Below, in pieces: positions 1 to 12,904 of a DNA stretch of 51,318 nucleotides. Source of the stretch: Octopus sinensis. Its lineage: Eukaryota. The position numbers and the translations under genes were made by a program. The notes beneath the pieces are model-generated. The model was not told where the DNA came from. It saw nothing but the letters and a program-made list of their open reading frames with translations, and made no database searches. Positions within the stretch are counted from its first letter, which is position 1. Every line of letters begins with the position of its first letter. The stretch is taken from NCBI RefSeq assembly GCF_006345805.1, contig NW_021833947.1, positions 1 through 51,318 of the forward strand, given 5' to 3'.

Positions 1-39
1 AATCTACACACGCACTTACAACAAAGCCCACGAATACAC

Positions 40-207
40 TTACACATATACGTGTTTTGGCATGCAAATACACGCATACGCTCATACACATGTATACGCA
101 AATACACACCCTCACACACATATACATTAATACAAAATGCATATGAACACACACATACACATTTCGGTAAACAAATATACGCATACGCTCACAGACATGT
201 ATACAAC

Positions 208-238
<31 letters not shown>

Positions 239-890
239 CCACACACACACCTTCTCGTGACTAGGTAACGTGAATATGTCTGTGAAAACTGCAACGGTAT
301 CCAAACTGCTAAAACAACTTGGACAACATCGAGATTTGCTATCTGGCCAAGAATGTTACGATACATATACATTACATTACACACACACATACACACACAG
401 ACACACACAGACACACAGACACACACACACACACCACACACACGCACACACACACGCACACACGGAAAAATCAGATCTGGATAAGTACACACGTACAGAC
501 ACATGTGCACACTAGCACACACACAAATATATGAGTGCGTATCAATAAAAAAATATGAACACACATACATATATATCACACACATATATACATATTTGAA
601 TATATATATAATATTATATATATAATATATATTATATATATATATGTGTGTGTGTGTGGTGTGTGTGTACGTATGTGTATGTTTATACCATATATATCTG
701 TGTGTTTGGACGTATGCACACATAATATATGCATTAATAACTACGGAAACATACACACACACTCGGGCACACACACGCACATGCGCGCACACAGAGACGT
801 AGACACATACACACACACACACAGATACACACACACATATGCATGATATGTGCGTATGTGTGCGCTTGCGTGTGCGCATGTGAGAATGTG
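40..890. repeat. Mosaic (CA)n/(TA)n microsatellite field
   Basis: Runs of acac/tata/gtgt; the overlapping HT/CV/YI-rich ORFs are translations of these repeats. Confidence 0.95.
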
Positions 891-1366
891 AATGTCTATA
901 ATATTGTAGTTTTCAAAAAGTTCATAAAAATATCGGTAAGATCACCTCTTTAGCTTTCCCCGGTCGAATTCCACAGCACATATACACACCCACATGCTAT
1001 CACGTATAGATTCGCACAAATATTGTGGTGTACACTCCCAAATCGCTTTGTTTTTTTTTTGTTGAAATCAAGCGTTCGCTCTGGATACGGATTTAAAATT
1101 GTAAAACAAAGAACAAACAACAATCAATATTATCAGCAACAAAATGTAACTACAAATTGGTACATGTACGAATGAATAAACTTTTAGGTTCATATGTATA
1201 TATATATATATAATTTCAACAATTGAGGGTAAAATTAAGTATTAGAAATGGCTAAAAAATCTTTTTTTGGCTGCTATTTCTAATGAGTTCAGTATGTGGC
1301 AAAGTAATTTATTTTACTAAGCCCTTTTACAGTAATATTATATATATATAATATATATATATATAT

Positions 1367-1402
<36 letters not shown>

Positions 1403-1405
<3 letters not shown>

Positions 1406-1680
1406 CGTGATATATATATCAACCAGGCTGTCAGATGTTGTTACACATCGCTGGTCACAATGCCTTCAAATGACTCCACCCCGCTGGCTAAGCAAGTAGG
1501 CCACAGAAGAAGTTGTGGCGAAAGAGTACAGCAGGGATCGCCACCACTCCCTGCCGGAGCGTCGTGGAGCTTTAGGCGCTTTCGATCTATAAACACTCAC
1601 AAAGCCCGGTTTGGGAATCGAAACCGCGATCCTACGACCGCGAGTCCGCTGCCCTGACCACTGTGCCATTGCGTCACCAC
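1403..1680 (-). mobile_element. tRNA-derived SINE (family D)
   Basis: Minus strand starts GTGGTGACGCAATGGCACAGTGGTCAGGGCAGCGGACTCGCGGTCGTAGGATCGCGGTTTCGATTCC (A-box and B-box-like). Its 3' part (GCTTAGCCAGCGGGGTGG...GCATTGTGACCAGCGATGTGTAACAACATCTGAC) recurs at 21812-21930 (+). Flanked by (TA)n. Confidence 0.8.
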
Positions 1681-1723
1681 ATGTATATATATATATATTA
1701 TAGATAATATATATATATATATT

Positions 1724-1756
<33 letters not shown>

Positions 1757-1760
1757 TATA

Positions 1761-1792
<32 letters not shown>

Positions 1793-1807
1793 CATACATA
1801 CATACAT

Positions 1808-2100
1808 GCCCAAATTTTCCCGCTCTTCCGTCCTTGTTTTCGTATACAATTGCTGCTTTTTTCCAAGGAATCTAGTGTTCTTAGCTTAGTTTTTCCTTGG
1901 GGCTAGCCAGATTGGAGCAATCTCGAGTATAACCAGCCGAAATTGCAAAGATAATCTGGAACTCGACTGAGGAAAGAAAATTCCGAATGACCCATCCTTG
2001 TTTTCTTTGTATCATCCGTCTGGATATTTTGTTGTCCCCTTTTTTGTATCACCTAACTGTCTGGATGTTTTGCGTTCTTGTCCCATTCTTGTATTGTTTA
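1808..2100 (+). mobile_element. Non-coding repeat family E fragment (PLE-terminal-repeat-like)
   Basis: Reverse complement matches 8915-9200 (GGAATCTAGTGTTCTTAGCTTAGTTTTTCCTTGGGGCT, GATGTTTTGCGTTCTTGTCCCAT); (TA)n on both sides. Confidence 0.7.
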
Positions 2101-2113
2101 TATATACATATAT

Positions 2114-2154
<41 letters not shown>

Positions 2155-2324
2155 ATAATAATATTAGGGAATAATCCAAACTTACAGGGAAAAATTAGAT
2201 TTAAGATCACTGGTAATGTCGTCATCATTTTTTGACATCACATGTCACAATTGACACTAACATATTTATCGCCCTATTCACTATCACCGTTACACCCATC
2301 TCCAGCCTACACCTCCTACTCCTC

Positions 2325-2333
2325 CTCTTCCTT

Positions 2334-2378
<45 letters not shown>

Positions 2379-3005
2379 GTCATATATATAAGTACTGAAA
2401 CATGTAAAAGAAGTTATTTAAACGCTTATTTTATTTTTGTTAATTCTCTCAATTATTTGATGTTTACCGTTTTGCTTGTTGCATGTTGTGTCGTTTAAAT
2501 TTTGTTTCCATATATATTCTCTTTGTCTTGTATTTACATTTGTTTTGATATTGGATACATTGAAAAGAAAATTCCTTGCTATCACTACTTCTTTTTCATC
2601 AAGAATGTGTTGTTGTTTGTTATTGTGGAGGTGGTGGTGGTGGTGGACATCGTGGTTTCTGTTTGTGATTTTCTTTGCCTACTATTGCTGTTATCACATT
2701 GGCTGTAGATGATGACGGAGGTGATGACGATGGCTATGGTGACAGGGAGAATAGTGATGAAAACGACGATGACGATGATAATGATGATGATGATGATGAT
2801 GAGATGATAAGGAAGAGGAGGAGTAGGAGGTGTAGGCTGGAGATGGGTGTAACGGTGATAGTGAATAGGGCGATAAATATGTTAGTGCCAATTGTTGTTA
2901 TAATGATCATGTGATGTCAAAAAATGATGACGACGTTACCAGTGATCTGTTAATGATGATAATGATGTTAATGATGATGATGATGGGAACGATGATGAAG
3001 ATGGA
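2325..3005. repeat. (CAT)n and degenerate (GAT)n microsatellites
   Basis: Direct reading; source of the poly-I and poly-D ORFs. Confidence 0.85.
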
Positions 3006-3094
3006 ATGGCATATTAATAAGTGTATCGGTAAATTCAAAATAAACTAACAGAATAATTATAATAACGGTTTCGGATTTTGGCATGGCGGAGGTG

Positions 3095-3260
3095 TTTAAA
3101 TCGATTGCATCGACACTAGTGTTCAACTAGCACTTATTTTATCGAAAGGATGAAAGGCAAAGTCGACCTCGGCGGAATTTGAACTCAGATGGTAAAGGCG
3201 GGCGAAATGGCCTCGAAGCATTTTGCTCGGTGTGCTAACAATTCTGCCAGCACGCCACCT
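3095..3260 (-). mobile_element. tRNA-related SINE family B
   Basis: Plus strand has GAAAGGATGAAAGGCAAAGTCGACCTCGGCGGAATTTGAACTCAG, shared with 12.9, 13.5, 16.1 and 48.2 kb copies. Confidence 0.8.
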
Positions 3261-3269
3261 TAACAAAAC

Positions 3270-3313
3270 TACTAATAATAATGATAATAATAATAATAAT
3301 AATAATAATAACG

Positions 3314-3375
<62 letters not shown>

Positions 3376-3703
3376 TGATAAATAAATAAAATATGAAATT
3401 TTAAAGAGAACATGAAAATATAAAGCTTAATCTAGTCATGCGGCATAAAACAAAGCAAAAAAATTGTAATTACAATAAGAACACCAATAACAATATTGTC
3501 CATGCATACGAAACATTGACAGTAACTAAATGAGGAAAAAAACCCAACAAACAGACAAGAGCTCAAGCTGAAAATCTTGGACTAGTATTAATTATAATTA
3601 TTATATCTATGATGATAATGATGATGATGATGATGGTGACATTAATATAATAATGATAATGCTAACAATAATTATAACAATATTTACTACTTTAATAATA
3701 ATA

Positions 3704-3735
<32 letters not shown>

Positions 3736-3828
3736 GAATAATAATAATAATACACAATAATAATAATATAATAATAATAATAATAATAATATATAATAAT
3801 AATAATAATAATTATAATAATAATATTA

Positions 3829-3890
<62 letters not shown>
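3270..3890. repeat. (AAT)n microsatellites
   Basis: Direct reading. Confidence 0.9.
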
Positions 3891-4479
3891 GTGCCTGATT
3901 TATACATAAATAAATTTCAAAAATATATTACGTGTGTTTATATTTTGCTTATTTTACTTTTTATTTCGTTTTTTTTTTGTCGTTGGAATGTGAAACCAAA
4001 AATGAAAGGAAAAAAAAAGCATAAAATAATGAAAAAAAAAACTTGTAAATTATTCACGTTGGCTTATTATGAACAATTTAAATTATTTCAAACGAAACTG
4101 CCAACGCCCCCAGGTGGACGAATAACGGAATTAGACAAAATACCATTTTTGATGTGGAATGAAATAAAAGCAAAAGCAGACACTACCATAAAAGGAAACG
4201 AAACAAAAACACAAAACAACAAAATATATATGAATAAACTAAAATAAGGGAAGTGTAATAAGAACGTCTCTCTTTCACAATTCTTCCGCCCTTTCCTCCA
4301 TCAATACCACCACCACCACCACCACCACCACCACCACCACCCACCAGCATCACTGCCACCATCACCGCGACGACGATCCTCCTCTTCATCATTTTCATCA
4401 TCAACATGATGTCCTTCATCGTCATTATCATAACATCATTGTAACTAAACTCGCAAGGGTACATTTAGTTTTAGTACAA

Positions 4480-4878
4480 ACTAGCAGTATCGCCCGGCGT
4501 TGCTCGAGTTTGTAAGGGAAATAACTATATAAGCATTTTTAGTGAGTTATAGCAAAAAAATAGCAAAAAATGCATTAAAAATGGAATAAAAAATGATGGT
4601 AATTTTTTTTTTAAATCGTTGACTCATCGTAGACATTTTTAGAGAGTTACTTCCCTTATATAATAGCGAAAAAATGCATTAAAAATGGAAAAATGATGGT
4701 AATTTTTTTTTTAAATCGTAGACTCATCGTAGACGCGCGCTAATACCCAGAAGGGCTCGATATGAATCACGACTATAAGATACCCGGTTTTGGTTAAACT
4801 GCACCGCAAAATGTGGGAGTAGTTAGGAATCTAAATCGTAGGAGACAGACACACAACTTCACTTTTATATATAAAGGT
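4480..4878 (+). mobile_element. Helentron/HINE-like non-autonomous element
   Basis: Starts ACTAGCAGTATCGCCCGGCGTTGCTCG, ends GACAGACACACAACTTCACTTTTATATATAAAG; near-identical body at 35898-36295; internal tandem duplication at ~4545-4735. Termini resemble DINE-1/HINE-type elements (from recall). Confidence 0.65.
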
Positions 4879-5035
4879 ATTATCATATAGACAGACAGAC
4901 AGATACACACACACACACACAACAAAGGAACAGGGATTTGGAATCCGGGCAGATGTCGTACTAGGACTCTGATATAATCTTGATCTGGCTAACCGCATCG
5001 AATGATTGGGAACATACAGAATTAACATAAACATA

Positions 5036-5450
5036 GACGCAGGAGTGGCTGTGTGGTAAGTAGCTTGCTTACGAACCACATGGTTCCGGATTCAGTCCCA
5101 CTGCGTGGCACCTTGGGTAAGTGTCTTCTACTATAGCCTCGGGCCGACCAAAGCCTTGTGAGTGGATTTGGTAGACGGAAACTGAAAGAAACCCGTCGTA
5201 TATATGTATATATATATATATGTCTGTATGTGCGTGTTTGTGTGTCTGTGTTTGTCCCCCCAACATCGCTTGACAACCGATGCTGGTGTGTTTACGTCCC
5301 CGTAACTTAGCGGTTCGGCAAAAAGAGACCGATAATATAAGTACTAGGCTTACAAAGAATAAGTCCTGGGGTCGATTTGATTGACTAAAAGGCGGTGCTC
5401 CAGCATGGCCACAGTCACATGATTGAATCAAGTAAAAGAGTAAAAGAGTA
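5036..5450 (+). mobile_element. tRNA/CORE-type SINE (main family; octopus OR-like)
   Basis: tRNA-like head GCAGGAGTGGCTGTGTGGTAAGTAGCTTGCT...GGTTCCGGATTCAGTCC, CORE-like TGCGTGGCACCTTGGGTAAGTGTCTT, central TA/CA microsatellite, tail GGCGGTGCTCCAGCATGGCC..(GTAAAAGA)n. Confidence 0.9.
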
Positions 5451-5925
5451 TTTAGACGGTACTTCATTCGATAGGTAAATTCTGAGTTCACTTCGTTGAA
5501 TTTCAAACAGCATATAGTGTATATAATCACGACAAAAAAGAAAAAAAAAAAAAAACTAGAATTATACATCTTCTAAAATTAGAACAATATTAGTCCCATT
5601 AAATTAAATGAGAATAATGATGTAACATTTACATGCATTTAGTTGTTTCAGTTGTAGTACAAATTCATCAACAGTAGATATTTCCTATGCAGCTTTCTTC
5701 AATGTTTTTACTCACTCGGGTGGGTGAAGCGAACTGAGGATACGAGTAATAAATAATCTTAAAGTATATTCTAGGTACATATCAGTAAAGCTGAAATACG
5801 ATATGACTGTAGTTCTGCTATCACCTAAACTTAGAATGACCTTTTTAGATATTAAGGGAATAGAGTAATTTATGCACTTAGTTGTGGAAAAAAAAATAAT
5901 GAAAAAAAATATATATATATATTTA

Positions 5926-6091
5926 GGCGCAGGAGTGGCTGTGTGGTAAATAGCTTGCTAACCAACCACATGGTTCCGGGTTCAGTCCCACTGCGTGGCA
6001 CCTTGGGTAAGTGTCTTCTACTATAGCCTCGGGCCGACCGAAAACCTTGTGAGTGGATTTGGTAGAGGGAAACTGAAAGAAGCCTGTCGTA

Positions 6092-6150
<59 letters not shown>

Positions 6151-6365
6151 GTGTGTGTGTGTCTGTGTGTCTGTGTTTGTCCCCCTAACATTGCCTGGCA
6201 ACCTATGCTGGTGTGTTTATGTCCCCGTTACTTAGCGGTTCGGCAAAAGAGACCGATAGAATAAGTACTAGGCTTACAAAGAATAAGTCCCGGGGTCGAT
6301 TTGATCGACTAAAGGCGGTGCTCCAGCATGGCCGCAGTCAAATGACTGAAAGAAGTAAAAGAGTA
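5926..6365 (+). mobile_element. tRNA/CORE-type SINE (main family)
   Basis: Full-length copy with the same head, core and tail as 5036-5450. Confidence 0.9.
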
Positions 6366-6577
6366 TAAAATAAGCCATCGGCGGGGAGATGCATACACCT
6401 GCGCGCAGACAAATTTTTTCACAAATTTTAGAGTAGCTTACAATGCGTTGCTTAATCATGCTTTTCAATCGAATTGAATTAATTTTGTGCTTTTAAGTAT
6501 CAACATTATAAGTATTTATACTCTGGTGAAATTAAGAAATCAACTCGTAAATAAACGAAACCCTCGAATCCATCACT

Positions 6578-6578
<1 letters not shown>

Positions 6579-6620
<42 letters not shown>

Positions 6621-6925
6621 ACGCGCACACACACACATTACACAGAGCCCCATATCTATGTATGTATGTATGTATGTATGTATGTATGTATGTATGTAGG
6701 AATGTATGCATGCATGCATGCATGTATGTATGTATGTATGTATGTATGTATGCACGTATGTATGTATGTATGCACGTATGTATCTATGTATGTAGGCATG
6801 TAGGCATGTATGTATGTATGTATGTATGTATGTATGTATGTACGTATGTATGTATGTATGCACGTATGTATGTATGTATGTATGTGTGCATGTATGTATG
6901 TATGTATGTATGCATGTATGTATCC
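6579..6925. repeat. (CA)n followed by (TATG)n microsatellite
   Basis: Direct reading. Confidence 0.9.
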
Positions 6926-7099
6926 ACACGGATCTACGCGCATAGGTAAAACATGATCTATACACATGCAGACGGGGTTCGATTCATATGAAAAAGAAAG
7001 TGAACAAAATATGACCACTTGCTTATCGGGAAATTCGTAAGTTTGATTTAAAGAAAAAAATATTTTTCTAAATAATTAAACTAAATGTTCATCATTTCG

Positions 7100-7230
7100 A
7101 GCCACTCACCCAATGAGCATTTTTGCCAAATGTGGTGAAAATCTGTTCAGCCGTTCTAGTAATTTTGCAAACAAAGACAAGTGAACACAATACCCTGCTT
7201 TCGCTTACGCGCGCAGGGTGATTAAGTCAG
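7100..7230 (+). mobile_element. Possible Helentron/DINE-like 3' end
   Basis: AAATCTGTTCAGCCGTTCT followed by terminal hairpin ACCCTGC-(spacer)-GCAGGGT, resembling DINE-1/HINE 3' ends. Confidence 0.4.
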
Positions 7231-7261
7231 GATCCGTTCACATCACTGATCGCTCATAATA

Positions 7262-7607
7262 CTCTTTCACTCTCTTTTACTCTTATATTTGTTTCAGTCG
7301 AGTAAATCGAACCCAGGACTTATTCTATCGGCCTATTTTGCCGAACTGCTAAATTACGGGGACGTAAACACAGACACACAAACATATACGCACACATACG
7401 TATACACACACACACACACATACACACACATATAAACATATATACGACGAGCTTCTTTCAGTTTCCGTCTGCCAAATCCATTCACAAGGCTTTGGTTGGC
7501 CTGAAGCTATAGTAGAAGACATCCGCCCAAAGTGCCACGCAGTGGGACTGAACCCGGAACGATGTGGTTCGTAAGCAAGCTACTTACCCTACAGCCACTC
7601 CTACGCC
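7262..7607 (-). mobile_element. tRNA/CORE-type SINE (main family), internally deleted
   Basis: Reverse-complement match to head and body; parts of the tail missing. Confidence 0.85.
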
Positions 7608-8248
7608 TATGAGCATAATATCATATCGTATAAGAGAAATGGACAGATTTAAAAGAAATCGAAAGAAAGAGGAAATCATATCGTTTCAATTTGGGTAATC
7701 AGACCTCTCCATATCAATAAATTTTTATACATTTTCTTTTAACATTAAGAGTCTAATATTAATTGAAATGAATAATGTAAGTTGAAATTCTAATCCTATT
7801 TTGTCACAACTCACAAACCTTCCCAATAAATGTGGAGTTTAGTGTGAATTTGTTGAAATCTAACTAAAATAAGTTTGTAATTATTGGGCTAGATTAACTC
7901 ATGTGCACTTCCAGCTATGTGATTTCTAATTAACATCGTTATCTGGAAAGTAGTTAAATTACTTTCCTCAATGAATCATCAGCGCATTTGATTAGTAATC
8001 CGTTTCTACGATTTAATGTTATGCAATTAGAGGTAAAGGTGTGGAATATTTCAAGTTTCGATTTCTCTATAGTATATGGCGAAGCGCTACTAACAATCGC
8101 CCATTTAATAAATATCATATTTAGAGTCCCTATCCTTTAAGTGCCGATGATCCCACTCAAACTCGTACACTTCATTTTTTTCCCTGTTTTTGAACGAAGA
8201 AAGTGGGTTACACCGAGATTGACTTTGCATTTGGTGCGACCTGGAACG

Positions 8249-8345
8249 ATAAATTAAGTACAAATTAAGCAATGGGGTCGATGTAATCGACTTTCCTACT
8301 CCCACGAATTTACTGGTCTTGTGCGAAAATTTGAAACCGATATCA
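8249..8345 (+). mobile_element. SINE family B 3' fragment
   Basis: GATAAATTAAGTAC...GGGGTCGATGTAATCGACT...GTGCGAAAATTTGAAACC. Confidence 0.6.
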
Positions 8346-8454
8346 AAGTCTCTTGTTTAAAATCATATCTTCGAAAAGTTGAGTTGCGGTTTCAAATATT
8401 AAGAAGGTTTGATGTCCCAGCCTTCCGAATTCTTTTACAGGTCTTAGAAAAACC

Positions 8455-8800
8455 GAAGGACTGCCGCAATAAGTGTGTGAATCTGAGAGGGGAATATGTT
8501 GAATAAAATCATAATTAACTGATCCTCCTCTATTTTCTTTTACCCAAGGCCAGAAACTTTTCAGCAACCCCTCGCATACTCTTTGCGGAGTTGGCTCAGG
8601 CACCAGATCACGCTGAAGTCCCAAAATTCCATTTTCGAGATCAGTCCAAGTTCACTATCTTCCACTGACCAAAACACCTGGGAGACAATCACCAAGGACT
8701 GCCCAAATTCGTGGCATGTCATCGTTGAGGAAGAGACGTGATAGAAAATAACAGGTGTCAAGAAGCAGATATAACTTGTCGAACACTCAAAAAGTAGCCT
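8455..8800. mobile_element. Tc1/mariner remnant (transposase C-terminus and TIR), rearranged
   Basis: Plus strand encodes NKCVNLRGEYVE* (mariner-type C-terminus) then a TIR-like sequence (reverse complement TATGCGAGGGGTTGCTGAAAAGTT). 8590-8800 on the minus strand resembles the preceding transposase segment (GILGLQR and a degenerate PDLAPSD-HLF-like region). Confidence 0.55.
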
Positions 8801-8914
8801 GCATTTCGTCCTTCACCAAATCTCCTCTGCGATAAATGCCCCTGGCTCTTCAATATTGCCCTTGGTCTGAACAGCACCTCATACACTTTATATATATATA
8901 TATATATATATATA

Positions 8915-9750
8915 ATAAACTACAAAATGGGACAAGAACGCAAAACATCTGGACAACTTGGTGATACAAAAAGGGACAGCAAAATATCCAGATAGACGAT
9001 ACAAAAAAGACACAGACGGCTCATTCGAAGCCTTTTATCTTCAGTCAAGAACCGGATCATCCTCGCAATTTCGGCTGATTAATCTTGAGATTGCTCCAAT
9101 CTGGCCAGCCCCAAGGAAAAACTAAGCTAAGAGCATTAGATTCCTTGGAAAAAAAGCATCGAATGTATACGAAAAAAGGACGGAAAAACAGACAATGTTA
9201 CACGAATATGAATACATAAATGCAATAATAATAATAACAGGACATAACAACAGGCGTCTTTCGACTGGGGACGAATTGAATTCAGCTGGTATGTATGGAA
9301 ATGAAGCCTCACGACAGAGGGAAGAATATCGATGTGGCAGTGACCAAGGTCAAACGCAAAAGGACTAGCAGTCGGCCAACGGTCACGTGTGAAGAGAAGA
9401 GAAGAGAAAAAGAGGAACAAAGGAATTGAGGAGGGGAAAAGAGAGAGAGAGATAGAGAGCGAGACAGAGTGTGTAGAAGTTGATAGATTGAAGAATCAAG
9501 GAGTGGCGAGAAAAAAAGGAAGACAGGGACATAGTTAAGTGCAAAGTGAGTAAGAAAGGCAAAGAATTTTAAGAGAGGTGGGGAGAAAGTGTTGAAAAAG
9601 TCGTACAATATTTAGTGAAATGTGTACTTACATATAAGAGAACAATGTGTACGTACGCCGCTATAGATATATAGATATAAAATAAAATACAAAATGGGAC
9701 AAGAACGCAAAACATCCGGACAACTAGGTGATACAAAAAAGGACAACAAT
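8915..9750 (-). mobile_element. Non-coding repeat family E, ~770-bp unit with ~70-bp terminal direct repeat
   Basis: ACAAAATGGGACAAGAACGCAAAACATC.GGACAACT.GGTGATACAAAAA at ~8922 and ~9689; body matches 25330-25800; (TA)n both sides. Strand assigned from the HHR-core-like CTGAAGA. Confidence 0.7.
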
Positions 9751-9767
9751 ATATATATATATATAAT

Positions 9768-9811
<44 letters not shown>

Positions 9812-10019
9812 AAAAACAATACAAGCATGGAACACATTCATAACTTGGAGTCGTTCGGTAGCAATTTATTCAATTTTCTCTAACGGTTAGATGTTTGAAT
9901 TCAGGAAGAACTTTTGTGTGACCCAAGAGACCGATTGACCATTCAAGGGGAACAACAGAACTGAAAAAGATTACGTGACTGTGGAAAAAAAAATATTGTG
10001 TATGTCCAAAATGAAATAA

Positions 10020-10695
10020 AACATTAAATTGAAATAAAAATAAAAATGAAAAATTAAATGACTAAAAAATTAAAACATTAAAATTTAAACGATTGAAAAA
10101 AGTATAGATAAAGATCAAAATGTTTTTAAAAAATGTTAATTGAAAATAATATTAAAAATTACAAAATAATTTTTAAATGTACAGAAATGTTAACTGAAAA
10201 TAATATTAAAAATTACAAAATAATTTTTAAAAATGCAGAAATTACAAAATTGTAAAAAAAGTTATTAAGAAATTAATTATTTAAAAGTAATTAATTAACA
10301 CTTAAAATTTGATCAAGATGACTTGATATTAAAAAAATTAAACCTGGATGTGACAGTAAATATAAAATAATAAAAATAATATGAAAATTTAAATTGAAAG
10401 ATTAAAAAGTTGAAAATTTAAAGTACTAAAAATTTTGAAAACAAAAATTAAGAAGTTAAAAATAAAACTAAAAAACTTAGACCTAAAACTGAAATTTAAT
10501 AATTAAAACATTGAGAAAATTAAAAGGTCAAAAGTTAGAAGCAGAAATTAAGTAAAAATTAACGCTTAAAAATGATAGATAAAAAATGAAAATAACGAAC
10601 AAAATAAATTATAGTAAAAGTTAAGAAGAGTAGAAAAATAAAATGATAAAGTTTAAAAGTGTGGGTATTTAAAATTAAAATTACGAAATTAAAAT

Positions 10696-10700
<5 letters not shown>
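10020..10700. repeat. A-rich low-complexity/degenerate minisatellite (AAAATT-like)
   Basis: Recurrent aaaattaaaa/taaaaat words; includes a ~50-bp tandem duplication near 10130-10230. Confidence 0.6.
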
Positions 10701-10767
<67 letters not shown>

Positions 10768-11029
10768 GGGGATTTTTCCTTGTGCAGCACGTCCGGTACT
10801 TCGTTTTTCTGCTGCACATAATTGTTTTCCCGTTTTCGTTTTCGTTCGTCTTGTTCCACGTTTCTGTCCTTCTGTTGTAACAAAATGTCTTTTCCGTTTT
10901 CGTTCTGTTGATTTTTTCGTCTTCCTGTGATGTCCTGTACGTATATATATTTATATATGCATGTATATATACATGTAGATGTCGGTACGTACATATATGT
11001 TTGTATGTATGCATATATTTTGTTTATTA

Positions 11030-11074
<45 letters not shown>

Positions 11075-11554
11075 TAAAAAAATGGAGTTAACGCAGATGT
11101 AATCAAATATTCAACGTAAACACGAAGTTTCTACCTTTATAAACAAGGAATTACAACACCTTTACTTGTGAGATTTTTGCTGCCCTGGTAACTATTTATT
11201 TATTTTTCCGTGTTAATTGTTAACAAGGTAAAAATACACTCATCTATTTATATATATACATTACAAAATTTCCAGGATTTGAGAGAACCAGGTATTTAGA
11301 TAGCGAAAGCAAGACTATGTGCCAGCAATGTATAACTGACCGAATTTTAATCGGTCAAGTCATCTGGTATTATGTCCTTTCTCTTCAGAAGTTCTAATTG
11401 TTAATTCTTACCTGTACTCATCTGATGAAAGCGTTTTTATTTATCTATTTGCTTTGCATAATGCAATACTTCTGTTCATCAATAAAAAATAAATCTGAAA
11501 CAACTGTAGTGAATCACAATCCATGTGTTGTTATTGCACTCACTCATCCACCCG

Positions 11555-11624
<70 letters not shown>

Positions 11625-11799
11625 TACACATGCTTCTGAACGAAGCATTAGTCAAGTACAGAGCGGTCGTAAGAAAGAGAATACGAAATAATAAACAATT
11701 ACTTTATGAACTTAATTAGCTTACAGCTGTTTCCATTATAAGATGTGGAGGACCCATAGTGGAGTGCCTGAATAACACTATACAGTGTAACAGCATAAG

Positions 11800-12062
11800 G
11801 ACCGCTAAATAAGGGGGTCGTAAACACACCGATACCAGTTGTCAAGCGGTGGGGAGATGAGTAAACATAGATAGAAAGACACATACACACACACACACAC
11901 ACACAAACATAGGACAGGCTCTTTTCTATTTCCGTCTATCACATCCACTCACAACGCTCTGGTCGTGTCGTAGCTATAGTAGAAACGTTCACGAGGTGTC
12001 ACGCAGTGGGATTGAACCTGAAACTTCATTGTTGGGAAGCAAACTTCTTGCCATACCGCTAC
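11800..12062 (-). mobile_element. Diverged main-family SINE
   Basis: Degenerate reverse-complement match (TTTCCGTCTATCACATCCACTCACAA, GTGTCACGCAGTGGGATTGAACC). Confidence 0.65.
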
Positions 12063-12904
12063 CAAAAAGTTTTATATAAAAAAGATAGAGGTAAAAAAAA
12101 AATGGAATAATAAAATAAAAATAAAGAAAAATATAGAACAAAAAGTTTTTTAAAATATGTGATGTATGAAGATTCATAATATCACTTGTTATTGAGGCAA
12201 AGAATACCAAAATGTTAGAATATTGTTTTCATTTTCTTTATTTATTGTTGCTGTTGTTTCGGTCTTCAGTTATGGTGAAGAGATGATGATAATGGTGGTG
12301 ATTTGTTTTAATGGTTGCGAGGCAACATGAAAACTACTCTTCTAATTCTTGTTCTCACTGTCTTGATTTTTTTACCGGAAAATTTCTTTGTAGTTTTAGA
12401 GAAATGGGGGGGGGGGGAAATATTACAAAAGAAACCACAAAATCCCCCTCGAAGGAATAAATTTTCACACAGTCTAAAAAGAGGAAAATTGCCTTAATAA
12501 CAAAGTAGTAAAGCAAAAATCAAAGTATCTTTCTACGAAACAACAGAATTCAGTAATAACTTACTAGCCCGCAAACGACGGGGATGTTAAAACATTGCTG
12601 TGACATCTATCTAAAAGCACCGGAAATAAAAGCAACAAATGAAACCTAAAAAATCTGACAAAATGTTGAACTATACCCGTGTAAGTAATACTCATTAAAA
12701 TTTATGTCTGTTTTTCAGATGAAATGATGTATTATAACCGTATACAATCTCCATCACTTGCAAACATATGCAAGCACGTTCGCCATATTACAGTTCAAAT
12801 CAACAACAACAAAATGTCTCTGTCCCTCACCATCATACACAAAGAATGGAAAAGAAATTAAATAATAACCATACTTGCAGCCCAAGAATAACAAACGGGA
12901 ATTT

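Noticed and set aside
52-879. Long ORFs (250 aa etc.) rich in HT/CV/YI, and similar ones at 6.5-7.0, 15.7-16.2, 28.5-29.3 and 49.8-50.4 kb
   Set aside because: Translations of di- and tetranucleotide microsatellites
1960-1995. CTGAGGA...CGAATG motif (and CTGAAGA...CGAATG at ~9020-9045, minus) as hammerheads
   Set aside because: GAAA is one A short and stem I does not pair in either copy; kept only as a note on family E
5022-6468. Recurrent ORFs ending ...[13 protein letters not shown] or ...DCGHAGAPP (also 20.3, 21.0, 23.4, 43.9, 44.7 kb)
   Set aside because: Chance open frames in SINE copies; repetition reflects the SINE, not a gene family
7935-7990. Minus-strand CTGATGA followed by GAAAG and an 8-bp hairpin
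   Set aside because: Stem I does not form and stem II would need a 1-nt loop
11415-11460. CTGATGA with AAGC/GCTT stem
   Set aside because: No GAAA after the stem and no cleavage triplet
12310-12335. Minus-strand CTGAAGA-CC-GAAAC
   Set aside because: No stem II, stem III or stem I pairing
12720-12860. Possible extra exon (minus FFVYDGEGQRHFVVVDLNCN.. or plus EMMYYNRIQ..)
   Set aside because: Short, no convincing splice-site pair on either strand
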